Origin: Squalus acanthias
Taxonomy: Eukaryota
Reading direction: 5' to 3'
DNA length: 64,000 nt
NCBI GenBank assembly: GCA_030390025.1
Contig: CM059432.1
Span: 28,956,001-29,020,000, forward strand
A model generated the notes under the pieces. That model was not told the origin of the DNA, ran no database searches, and saw only the letters and a program-made list of their open reading frames with translations. A program made the position numbers and the translations under genes. Every line of letters starts with the position of its first letter. The first letter of the stretch is position 1. This document shows positions 48,936-60,729 of the stretch, piece after piece.

Positions 48936-50900
48936 ATGTCCAGCAGTAGGCCAAAGTGTGCTCCACGGTTCAATGACGCCACCCTGCAAGCTCTGGTCGA
49001 GGGAGCAAGATCAAATAAGGAGGAGCTCTTCCCTTCCTCAGGGAGGAAAAAGCCTCCCAGCAGACAAAAGCTGTGTGGATGCAAGTGGCCCAGGAGGTCA
49101 ACTCAATGTCTATGTGCCGCAGAACATGGCTGCAGTGCAGGAAGAGGTTTCATAACTTTCTCCGCACAGGAAAAGTGAGTATGACTTTCCCATCACCCTC
49201 AATCTGATCCCCATCGCCTCTCTTCACCAGCACTCAGCTTTGCCAACCTCTTCCTCCACATCCCACTTGACACTGACATCCCTGCACCCTTACCCATTCC
49301 CTCTCTCTGTATGTTCACATTCACTTAACTATTCGACTATGCAGCCCTCACACTCCCTATCGCTGTGATGCTATGACAATAACTTACAACACACAGGGAG
49401 GGCCCTTGGTCTTGGCACCTTACTCCATCTTTGTCTCCTTCTAAGCATCTATGCTATGGAATCTCTACACTCACTCCTTCATTTTCACTCAAACTCCACT
49501 TGTGTCTCTCATTGCAGGAAAAGAGAGCCCACAATAAGAGGGCGAGGGCGAGGACAGGAGGAGGGCCACCCTCAGTAGCCCAGCTCACCCCTGCGGAGGA
49601 GGCGGCCCTGGAGATTGTGGGAGTGGAGGAGGATGCGCAAGTGGGGGATGGACAGACGGGTGCATCACAGCAAGCTGGTGACAGAATAGTTTGGCATCTC
49701 TCTCATTGACATTGCATGAGTAACTGATAATGATTCTAAAGGTCTAACAGATTGACTTATGATCATCTGCACAATTCAATGTGCATGCAAACTTTACCTC
49801 ACATCTCCAACTCTTTCCTTTACTCCCCCACAGGACCAACGACAGCCCCCGTCCCCACTGTCCAAGAGGAAGAGCCTGAGCTTCAAGACTCCTCAGAGGA
49901 AGCTGCAACCTTTGAAGGCGTAGCGTCAGCAGAATTCAGCGCACCCAGCACCAGCGCAGACACTCACACCTCGGTGGGAACTTCGCGAGATAGAGTAGTG
50001 TTGTCACCTGGTGTATCACAGCTCACAAGTGAGTATCAGCAGATGGTGGAGACAGGGACAGCAGTGGAGAGTCATCTTCGGAGGCCGCAGGACTCTCCTA
50101 GCTCGGCTCAGCTGCATGTTGACCCTGTGCCTCCAGGTTCATCCAGAAGAAGAGCAGTGCTGGAACTCCAGGAACAGGTGCAGGAGTCTCTGGCAGGTTT
50201 TGTCTCCAGGGTCGCTGCGAGTGTGGAGCGAATGGAGGAGACCATCGCTAACATGAGCAGAGCCTTTGTGGAGGTGTTGGCGCATGAACGCATCACCACG
50301 GAAAGGATGGCAACCTCTGTGGAAAGGATGGCTACCGTAGAGGAGAGGATGGCTATGGCCATGGAGGAGCTTAGTCGCCAGGGTCGTGAAAACATGGTCA
50401 TTGTTCAGAATAGACTGACAGTTTTTGAGGAGCGATGGTCAGCTATTGAGCATAGAAACCAGACCTTCATGGAAGTCCTCTGGAGTAGGACTTCCAGTGC
50501 AGAAACGGGTCCTCATGGCCCCCCTGAAGTGCAGAAAGGGGCTGTCCAGCCACTTGCTAGCTCTGAAGTGGGGCTGACCCATGAAAGGGATGTTGGTGGC
50601 AGACAAGAAGGAAGTGGAGGCTCCTCTCCAAGCACTCACACGACCATGCCACTGCAGAGCCCTCGGTCAGAGCCCCACCAGAGTCCCCACCCAACTGCGA
50701 TCGGCATCTCAACCCCTGCACAGCTGCAGGAGCAGCAGACTGTTGCCGAGCCCTCACAGGCTCGCAACCCCAGAGGACGCCCGCCAAAGGTGTCGAGGCA
50801 GGAGCAGCAAGAAAGTAATCAAGTGGCCTCCACATCTGCTGAAGCCACAGGGGAAGCACCACGTAGGAGCACACGTAAGAGGAAGATAATGCACAAGTAG
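48936..50900 (+). pseudogene. Harbinger Myb/SANT partner gene, 3 exons (48936-49174, 49518-49677, 49834-50900), one frameshift near 49057
   Basis: PRFNDATLQALVEG...RTWLQCRKRF; canonical splice sites with compatible phases; heptad region and PRGRPPK. Confidence 0.88.
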
Positions 50901-51158
50901 TCACAAGGGTAATCAATTGGGTGTCATGTTGTGTTTATTTTTGAAATGCCATCAGTTGCTTGTTGTGATAAAAAATTCTGATGTCAAACTGTTGAAGTTG
51001 TGGCGTATGTCATTTCGCAAATGGGACTTCCACATTGAGGGCTATGGGCGACTTGCAATTGTCAGTATGGTGGTCATAGTGATAGGAATCCGCAGGTTCT
51101 TGGCCATTGTCGATGGTCTGGTAAGAAGCTGTGAGGCAAAAGTGCTTGATTGTCTAGG

Positions 51159-53888
51159 CTAAGCAAATCTGGCCAAGATGAGTGCGTCCCTTGCATCCCG
51201 GGCAGCAATGTGCTCGCATGCTGCTGCCGCTGGTTGATACGCCTCTGCAAGCTGTTTGTTGTCGCTCTCCTCCTCCTCCTCATCTGAGGAGGCTATGTGA
51301 TGAGCCACTTGTTCTTCAGGCATCTGCAAGCCACGATGCTGTGCCATGTTGTGAAGTGCACAGCAGACCACGACCATTCTGGAGACCCTGGCTGCTGAGT
51401 ACTGCAGGGCTCCACCTGATCTATCAAGGCATCTGAAGCGCATCTTCAACAAGCCGATGGTTTGTTCAATTATGGATCTGGTGGAAATGTGGCTGGAGTT
51501 GTAGTGCTCCTCAGCTTTGTTGGATGGGCTACTCAACGGCATCATTAGCCACGTCTTCAGGGGATAGCCCTTGTCTCCAAGTAGCCATCTGAAAAGTTGG
51601 TCTGGTGGACTGAAGAGCGGAGGCACACTAGACTGGCACAGGATGAAGGAGTCATGGCAACTGCCAGGGTACTTTGCACAAACAAGCAAAATGTCCTTCT
51701 TGTGGTCACACACCAGCTGTACGTTGAGGGAGTGGAAGCCCTTGTGGTTGACAAAAATACCTGGATTGTGATGGGGTGCCTTAAGGGCCACATGTGTGCA
51801 GTCAACAATGCCCTGCACCCTTGGAAAGCCTGCCAGATTGTCAAACCCAACTGTACACGCAGTTACACTGGCTTGATCCTTGGAGAAATTGATGTAATTG
51901 TGAGCGATGTCAAAGAGGGCATCGGTTACCTGCATTTTGCAAGTGTGTGCGGCCGCCTGGGAGACGCCGCTGATGTCTGCTGCTGATCTCTGGAATGAGC
52001 CTGAACCAAAAAAGTTGAGTGCGTGTAATAGAATAGCCATATTTCAGAAAAATACACCATCCTATAAACAGATTTTTGATGTTATTAAAACATGTCAAAC
52101 TGGGGTTAAAAATCTTAAAGCCTCGGCGATACAGGCCGTAAAACAGAAATACAGGCTTATGAGATAAGATGGTTTGTTAACACAAAGCTGTGAACACAAG
52201 CTTTGAAATGGGAATTGGTTTGTAAATACAGAGACAAAGCCCCTATTGAAGCAAACCATTGGCGCTTCCAGAATGTCTAGAGTTTGGGAGAAAAACAATG
52301 GAATGACCGAAGTAAAGTGTTATAATCTAACACGTCAAACAGGTGCACAGAACATTAAAAAAAACAAGTGCCTTTGAAAAAATGACATCAAGTAAAAGAA
52401 ATACCTGTCGTAAAATAGTTTTATGTTAAACTTAGAAACAGGAAACACGATTAAATATGCAACCAATTGAGATAGCAAGAAAACAAGTAAACACCCTAAG
52501 AGAAGTGTTTTCGATTTACAAGTTGTAAAATATACCTACAGAAAGGCTTTGAAAATATAATATCAATAGATGACACCAAGCAATTACATTGTGTTTGTAT
52601 TGAAAATGGAATAGTTAGGAGACACGACGTCTGGCTTACAAGTAGTTAAGTGATATTAGAAATTCAATAGAAAGACTTCCTAAGAATCACATCAAATAAA
52701 TACTACTGTCATATTGTTTTTTATGATGGTTTTTGAAACACCTAAACAGGAGACAAGTCTAAAAGCTAACAGCTGATATGACAATAAAGAATAGAAGAAA
52801 GTCAGCAAAGAATGACTTGAAACAATTAGCTTACATAAGCAGAAAAACTTCAAAGGATAAACCACCAAAAAAGATATAAAAATAAGAGCTTTTCAGATGG
52901 AAAGTCAGAAATCGCTGGGAAGGCAAGCGTTTCTCAACTTCACAGACATGCTCTGTAAGTTTACAATTCTGAGTCTCGGGTAATCAAGGTATTTGATTTT
53001 GGTGGATATTCTGGATTAAGAAATAAGTAGAAGTGTGGAAATGTAACCAAGTTAAGATTTGAGAATAAGGATCTCTGATAAGAAATGTAAGCTATTTGTA
53101 TTTTGAACGGTTAAAGTTGCGATTGCCATAACTAAATGTTAACTAGATGCCGGTTCTTTAATAAATCTATATATTTTTAGAATTATCTCACAGAGTATTT
53201 CTGTATAAACTCGCGAACTCAATTTCTGTACACTCTTCATAGAGGAGTTGCAGAATTCTGGGGGGTATTCCGGACCCTCATAATATCTGGAAGGTTACAG
53301 TCTAGTTAAACTTATTAAAAGCACTACCCGGAGGACAGTAACATTTTCAGACCGTTTCTTTCCTTTAGGGAGAGATAGTCTGACCTTTAGACCCAATTAA
53401 GCATCTTATGGGATCCGGCTATCTCTAACTTTAGTTGAAGGTGAACGTCTGGGGAATACGCCTGATCTGGGGTAGTCCGAAAGGGCTAGGACTTGTAATT
53501 ATCCCTTCATGCGGTGGTGACTTTGACGGCCACTGGTAAGGGGTGTCCACTTGCTCCTCTGGGCTCCAGCTCTTGCTGCAGCATTGCGCAGATGTCACCC
53601 ACTACCTCTCGCGAAAGTTGGAGCCTCCTTTGGCACTGCTGCTCAGTCATGTTGAGGTAGCTGATCCTCTGTCTGTAGACCCTGTTTTGGGGGATATCTC
53701 CTGCGCCGACGTGCTTCCATGCGCTGGCGCCTTCTGGCCTGTGCAGCTTCAGGTGGGTGAGCAGCAGCTTGGAGCTCCTGCTGTTGCTCCTGCTGTTGGT
53801 GCTGCTGTTGTTCAGGGTTCTGCTGCTGCCGTGGCTGGTCTTCGTCCGAATCTGATGTCCAGGAGGAAAGGAAATAAATGGTTCCCAT
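51159..53888 (-). pseudogene. Harbinger DDE transposase split by solo LTR B, plus one frameshift near 53690
   Basis: [14 protein letters not shown] rejoined across the [43 protein letters not shown]. Confidence 0.92.
52024..53509 (+). mobile_element. Solo LTR B (1486 bp; ERV- or Gypsy-type)
   Basis: TG...CA ends; TSD TGCG (52020-52023, 53510-53513); TATAAAA at ~52875 and AATAAA at 53161; excision restores the transposase frame. Confidence 0.92.
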
Positions 53889-56279
53889 TCTTCTGGTATA
53901 TACCTCAGTTGAGGAAGCGCTCATTCAAGGTGGGGAGAGGGGTTCCCCAGGAGGTCACACTGGAGATGGGTGTCAGGCTCCAAACTTCCAGAACAATGAG
54001 TAGACCTGCTAAAAGTTCCCCCAGACCTGAGACAACAAAGTTCTGCCATCTGCAAATGATGATTGCTGAAAACTCCTTTTTAGTGGTGGAGCTGCAGCTG
54101 TTAGTAAGCAATCCACTTGTGATGCTGCCAGGATTCACCGTCGTGTTCCAGAGGAGACATGCAGCACATGGGAAAAGTGTTAAAATCAGAAAGGCCTCTC
54201 AAAATGGGATTATAGAGGCAATTCAGTGGTTGTTAAGGGCCTTAAGGGCCTATCCCGCCTCTTGGAGGCGGGATGGAAACGGGGTCAGAAAACACGCATG
54301 TGGGAAAATTGCTCGGAGGCAGGATGGAGGCGGGATCGGGCCCGCCCGCCTTTTTTTGCGATTTTACCACCTCACACGCCCCGAATCCCGCCTCCTCAGG
54401 CCTGGCAAAATCCAGCCCTAGGTCTCTGCCATTTCCTGCTTGATTTACGGCAGGAAACTGGGAGAACTACAGCAGAATTTCAGGGTGTTTCCGAACCATC
54501 TTTACACAGCCTTACTTATCTACTGGGGGTCATTTTCACCTGCACCACCTGGGCGATATCTGATGGAGCAGATTGCCTGCCCATTGTCGAACCCACCCAA
54601 TTTGCATACCACTAATATTCTGGCATACTCTATGAATGCTGCCAATTATTATTACTTTATTATCATTTATTAAAAAAACATTCTTGGGAGTTGCAGGCAC
54701 GCCTTCTAACTTGTTGAGTTTCCTGCACTGAGATTCATGACTCTGAAAATCTGCAATAACTCACGACGCAGGTTTGTCACGTAGGCACAAGCCCAGAGTT
54801 GGAAGCTTCACTTGAGTCTTGGATGCTGGAGGGTTTCCACTTCTTTTGACAAATTCTATTTGTGTAAGAGGCACATATCGTGGGAGTTGTACTTTTCACT
54901 TTGCTCTTGCAGAACTGCAATAATCATAGTTTATCACAAGCCATGTCACACGTTCACCAGGCAGAAAATTTACAACTAACAGGCTGTTGGGTGCAGGTGG
55001 CAGAAAAACCACATAAAAGTAAAACAATTCATTTTATTCAGTTCAATAAAAATTCTGAGCTAACTAGGTCTGGGGGATGGTCACTGAGGTGGTTTAATAT
55101 TTGCAGCTGGGTCAAAGGGGAATGTTTCTGAGGCTGAGTTCAGACATTCGAGCTGGAATCAGTGAGGCCTGTAGCACAGAGATTGATAGCCTGTTCAATG
55201 TGCTGGTCACTGGAGATTGACAGGGGAACACTTCCCCAATGGTAGAATTACAATCTACCTTGAGGGGTAGTGGAGAAATGCCTTTTATAATCATATAAAT
55301 AAGTGATAAAACAAGTTTTGAGGAGGGGGGAAGGGAAGATTAAACAGATAAATTGAAATACTTGCATCTTAAGCAAGAATCACAAATCCTCCACAGGAGG
55401 TAAAGAAAAATTATTGAATGTAAATAACTGGGAATAGAGGAGGTTGAATTTCTGCGGGGGTTCTCCTGATTGACCACCGTAACTTTGGTGAAGAATTGCA
55501 AAAACTCTGGAGAAATACCCTTTATGCTTTTTCTCAGGGGTTTCCTCGAATTTACTGGACAATCGGAAGGATCCCCCATAATAATAACTGGTGAGAAGGA
55601 ATTCTTGGGAGGGAGGAAACAACAAAGTTACTTATATCTTAAGCAAGATTTACAATGTGGTATGTAAATAGTATTACAATATATTAGGCCAATTTCCCTG
55701 AAGTTTTCCTCTGGGAAACACCCATTCCCCAGGCGCAATGTCAGGGAAAAGGGTGTGGAGACCTGGGTTATGCCAGGTCATTGCTCATTTTATATTGCCC
55801 TGGGACGTCTGAGACTTCTCGAGAGGGGAATGTCATTTAAACGAGATGGGAGGAGGTGTTCCTAGTCTCCCACTTCACTTTCCTCCTCATCTGGCCATTG
55901 GATGTCTCAGTGGATGGGCACCTAAGGAAATCTTGTGTTGGACTCTCAAGAAACAGAGAGCCTATGGGGTCTGAGGGGCAACCTGAAGATACCTGCAGCC
56001 AAGTGTGTTTTTTTTATTTCCCATCCAAATATGGCTGTCAAACCATGGTACAATTCAAGGATGATTTTCAGGCTTTGGGGCCCTTTGAAAGCTACTCTCC
56101 AACTGGCCTGCGGCAGTAATGCAGCTGAAGGCCTGAGAGACAAGTTTCTTACTTATCTTCTTATTTTGTTAATACTAGTCAAGGAACCATTGCATTGCAC
56201 TCGGCTAGACAAGTCCAAGTGTAGTCTTATGGTCAAGGAGGGTTATAGGCTGGGAATAATTGGTCCAAGGCAGAGGATG

Positions 56280-57040
56280 TGAGAGAGAGGAGGGAAGAAG
56301 GGATGAAGGAGGGAGGAGAAAGGGGAGGAGGGAAGGAGGGGAGGCAGAAGGGGTAGGGCCAGAAGGGGGAAAAAAAAGAGAGAGGGGTAGGAGGTGATGA
56401 GAGGGGGAAGGGAAGGTGATAGGGAAATTACCTGAACAGGAGGGGTGTAAAAATACCACAGGGTGGAATGGGGGGGTTGGGGGGGGGAGGGTGGGGGGAG
56501 GACGGTGGTGGGGGCACGGAGTTAGAAAAGTTCTAAGTACCTCAGGTGTGGTGGAAACTACGCCTGGGTGGGGATTGGAATAGTTCCTCAGTAGGGGTTG
56601 GGAGAAAGTACCTCAGCACATGGGAGGGTTTAAAAACTATCCTAGCATGGGGGAGCTGGAAACATACATCAGTGTGGGGGATTTGGAAAAGCTCTGTAGC
56701 AGATTGGAGTTATAAAAGTACATTAGTGGGAGGGTTTGTAAAAGTAACTTTCTGGAATGGGTTGGAGTAGTAGGTCAGTTAGTGGGCGGGTGGGTGAGGA
56801 AATGAAAAAAATACCTCAGCAGGGTGGGAGGATGGAGTTTGGAAAGTATCTCAGTGGGAGGAGTTGAAAAAGTCCCTCACTAGGGGGAGAGTTTAAAAAG
56901 TACCTCACTGAGGGGTTGGAAAAGTACCTGACTTGGGGGCCAGAAACTACCTCAGTTACCGGGGAGGATGGAAAAGTACCTCACCAGGGCGGGGGTGTAA
57001 ACTTCCTCAACTGGGGGCGTTCGAAAAGTATCTCAGGAGA
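56280..57040 (+). repeat. Purine/G-rich tract followed by a degenerate ~27-bp minisatellite (ggaaaagtacctcag + G-run)
   Basis: Recurrent aagtacctca-like motif separated by GGGG tracts. Confidence 0.75.
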
Positions 57041-58199
57041 TAAAGGGGCCCTGATTTTTCTAACCTTCAAGATGTTCTGATATTTTAAAAACTATGCAGG
57101 TTACCATTTTGCTATGTTTATTGACCCCAATTTATTTCAAAAATAAAAGGGCCCCCATTTTTCATATAGTGAAGAGGTTCTGATATTTCAAGTTTGAAAA
57201 AGCCCCAGTTTTGGAAAAGAACAGTATTGGCAAGATTTCTTCATTTCTGAACAGGCACCAATCTCTGCAGGTCTATTCCTGAGATATGTTGCTAACATTA
57301 GTACAAAGCTTAACACTGAAAAATCCTATCACAGTGCAGGCATAACAGGTACTGCTTATAAATGTGGACACTTTTACAATGAGATTTTCCATAGGACCAG
57401 GTTAACATAGGCAATGCATTTTCAATGCATTTGAGATGGAAGATTGTGAGCCACCTAACATTTTTTAATATACAATAAACATATATTCAATGGAATAGAA
57501 TAAATACCACAAAATCCATTGAATAAGCCATACCTGTGCACAGATATTTAGAATTGGTGTGCCCATGGGTGCAGGATGCCCAATGCCTGTCTGCCGTACA
57601 TGAAAATTGTGACTGCTACCCACTTCCTAGTGGTTGGCCACAGAGCCCCACTGACAATTCTCAGAGCACGTTGCTCACCCAGTGTCTGGGGTGACTGCAT
57701 GGCACAAGTCGGTGCTGCGTGGCACATGGGGGTGGGTTCGGGGGGGGGAACTGCATGGAACTGTATTGAACAGCCTGGCACAGGGGAGACATGTGGCACA
57801 GAGATATCCAGTGGGAAAAGAGAAGAAAAGTAAAACGGAAACGAAATTGGAGCATTATCTGATAGCGAGAGAAAAAATGGAAATGTTATTGTTAAAATCA
57901 CGAGAAACCAAATAAAAGAGCTTCTTTGATACAAATGCAGTGAGCAGAAAACAGCAAGTACATTAATCAAGTGTAGAACATTGTTAGAGTGCCATGAAAC
58001 CAGCAACTGTACTGAAGAGCCCTGGTTAATATATTCACTCGCAGTCCATTTCCAACATCAATATACTGTCGTTTGACAGTCCGTGACAAGAGCGTGCATT
58101 ATTTAAAAAGGCAACATCTGCTCATTACTCATATTAATGAGCACTTTGACATTTAAATGTATAATATTAATGTTTTGATGCTTTCCAGCTTCCTAGAGA

Positions 58200-58720
58200 T
58201 AAGTGTCTTAAAATATACTACATACATATTTATTGTATGTTATCTATGCATTTATCTATTATATCTCTATCCACATATTCCTTTGTGTCTATTATCCCAA
58301 ATCCTCTCATTTGTCCATCTATACAATCACCTATTAAGCTATTCATCTATTTATATATCGATCGGTTTGCCCATCCCTTCTTAGATGCACCTTTCTGTCT
58401 ATCCGTCCCTCTGCCTGTCTCAATATTTCTCTCAATGTCTGTCTCTTTCTCTCTCTCTCTCTTTCTCGCTCCCATCTATCTCAAATCTATCTATGTATCT
58501 ACCTTCCAATTCTATGTGACACATCTTTCTATCATAAATATTTCTCCAGCTAGCTAGCTATATCACTTGATACTTTTGCTAGATAAATAGATGGATAGGA
58601 GGCGATGGATATAGTGTTAGAGAGAGGACTATCATAAATAGTCAAAAAGATAGTTAGATCAATTGACATGGGAGTGGGAAGATTTAAATCTAGATGGATG
58701 AAATAGCTACATAGAAAAAA
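58200..58720. repeat. Degenerate (ATCT)/(GATA) low-complexity region
   Basis: Visible composition. Confidence 0.6.
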
Positions 58721-58974
58721 AATGAATGGAGGGACATTTGCTAATTCATAGATTTCTAGCAATCACAGGTCTGAGTTGATTTATTTCAATTTGAGCTTTG
58801 ATTAAACATATGGAAATATAGGATGCAAATTATATGGAATAAACAAGGCACTTTGAATCAAACAGATATACCCACAGTTGTAATTTTGTCCCAGAGAGCC
58901 TGGTAGGTCATAGATCTGATGAATTTATGACCTCCTCTAATTTTGTGACCTTTGATTGTCTTATCTGTCTGTCT

Positions 58975-59290
58975 TTTTTTTTATTCGCTTATGAGATCTG
59001 GGCGTCGCTGGCAAGGCCAGCATTTATTGCCCATCCCTAGCTGCCCTTGGGAAGGTGGTGGTGAGCCGCCTTCTTGAATCGCTGCAGTCCGTGTGGTGAA
59101 GGTACTCCCACAGTGCTGTTAGGTAGGGAGTTCCAGGATTTTGACCCAGCGACAATGAAGGATCGGCGATATACTTCTAAGTCAGGATGGTGTGTGACTT
59201 GGAGGGGAACTTGGAGGTGGTGGTGTTCCCATGTGCCTGCTGCCCTTGTCCTTCTAGGTGGAAGAGGTCGCGGGTTTGGGAGGTGCTGGC
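58975..59290 (-). mobile_element. LINE 3' end (same family as 3571-3745)
   Basis: Poly-T followed by the reverse complement of the SKSWNSLP region. Confidence 0.8.
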
Positions 59291-59489
59291 GAAAGGTACT
59301 TGCTCTTTCTCTTTCTCTCTGTGTTCGCTCTTCAAAGGCCTGGCATTAAATTTCCACTGTATGTGCTGAGCATCCTGGTGTACTCTCCGAATGCCCCCCA
59401 GTGCAATCCCTGATTCTTCTCCTTTCTTTATTATCCACCATAAGTTCACTAAGTCCCCTGAGATCTTCATATTTCCTCTGTGACTTCTT

Positions 59490-60061
59490 ACATAAGAACA
59501 TAAGAACATAAGATGTAGGAGCAGGAGTAGGTTATTTGGCCCCTCGAGCCTGCTCCGCCATTCAATAAGATCATGGCTGATCTGAACTTGGCCTCAACTC
59601 CACTTCCCTGCCTGCTTCCCATAACCCTTGACTCCGTTATTGTTCAAAAATCTGTCTATCGCCACCTTAAATATATTCAATGACCCAGCCTCCACAGCTC
59701 TCTGGGGAAGAGAATTCCAAAGATTCACGACCCTCTGAGAGAAGAAATTCCTCCTTATTTCCGATTTAAAAGGGTGCCCCCTTATTCTGAAATTATGCCC
59801 CCTAGTTCTAGATTCCCCCACGAGGGGAAACATCCTCTCTGCATCTACCTTCTGAAGCCCCTTCAGAATCTTATATGTTTCAATAAGATCCCCTCTCATT
59901 CTTCTAAACTCCAATGAGTATAGGCCCAACCTGCTCAATCTTTCTTCATAAGATAACCCCTTCATCTCCGGAATCAACCTCGTGAACCTTCTCTGAACTA
60001 CCTCCAATGCAAGTATATCCTTCCTTAAATAAGGAGACCAAAACTGTATGCAGTACTCCAG
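59490..60061 (-). mobile_element. CR1 3' end
   Basis: LEYCIQFWSPYLRKD...GKWS; (cataagaa)n tail. Confidence 0.92.
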
Positions 60062-60523
60062 TTTGCAGCTGGTTTTAAGTTGGATTTGCAAATTTTAACA
60101 GATCTTTATCCTAAGTATAGTCTGATTACAGTATTTTTTTAACAAAATGAATAATGGTGCACTGCATTGTAGCCCCAACAGAATGGTAGGATATGGGTTT
60201 GTGTCCATGATGTTCAACACAAGTGAGTTGCTAGTCCTACTTTGGAGGTGACTCGTGGAGTGTAGCACAGTGCAGGAGGTAAGATCTCCCCTTATGTATC
60301 TCCAGTGGCTAGATCAGAATGTCCTGGAATCAGGCTACTCAGCTGCTCTCCCAGCCAGGGATGGTGCATGTGGCCGTCCGACACAAAAAGACAGAGGGGA
60401 AGAAAATAACTTAAAAATAGAGAGCACTGGCTGCCATAAATGTAAGGGAATCCAAGCTCAAGATCACAGGGTCCTCGAGTATCACACCAGAAATTCACGG
60501 GCAGGACTTACCAGATAGAAATA

Positions 60524-60729
60524 TGATGTGGAGATGCCTGGTGTTGGACTGGGGTGGACAAATGTGAGAAGTCGCACAACACCAGGTTATATGTCCAACA
60601 GCTTTATTTGAAATCACAAGCTTTCGGAGCGCTGCTCCTTCGTCACCTGACGAAGGAGCAGCGCTCTGAAAGCTTGTGATTTCAAATAAAGCTGTTGGAC
60701 TATAACCTGGTGTTGTGCGACTTCTCACA
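60524..60729. mobile_element. Penelope-like family B insertion: pseudo-LTR tail plus inverted copy
   Basis: ~83-bp inverted arms (60563-60645, 60648-60729); 12-bp TSD CAGATAGAAATA (60512-60523, 60728-60739). Confidence 0.85.
60643..60679 (+). ncRNA. Minimal type-I hammerhead ribozyme motif
   Basis: UCAC-CUGACGA-A-GGAGC(AGC)GCUCU-GAAAGCUU-GUGA. Confidence 0.75.

Larger units (their letters stand above)
48656..54418 (+). mobile_element. PIF/Harbinger transposon #3, structurally complete
   Basis: Perfect 16-bp TIR GGGCTGGATTTTGCCA; TSD TAG (48653-48655, 54419-54421); both genes present; itself inserted in an older MITE. Confidence 0.95.

Noticed and set aside
51159..52040. Host HARBI1 (and NAIF1 for the Myb ORFs)
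   Set aside because: The genes lie between TIRs with TSDs, are multi-copy and carry lesions, so they are transposon genes rather than domesticated host loci.
53430..53509. Hammerhead/twister/hairpin ribozyme at the LTR B end (ctgat...gaaa)
   Set aside because: CUGAUCU is not CUGANGA and the GAAA is a hairpin tetraloop; no known ribozyme consensus could be matched by eye.
53543..54421. 292-aa + strand ORF
   Set aside because: Antisense to the transposase N-terminus and running through the TIR; no recognisable domain.
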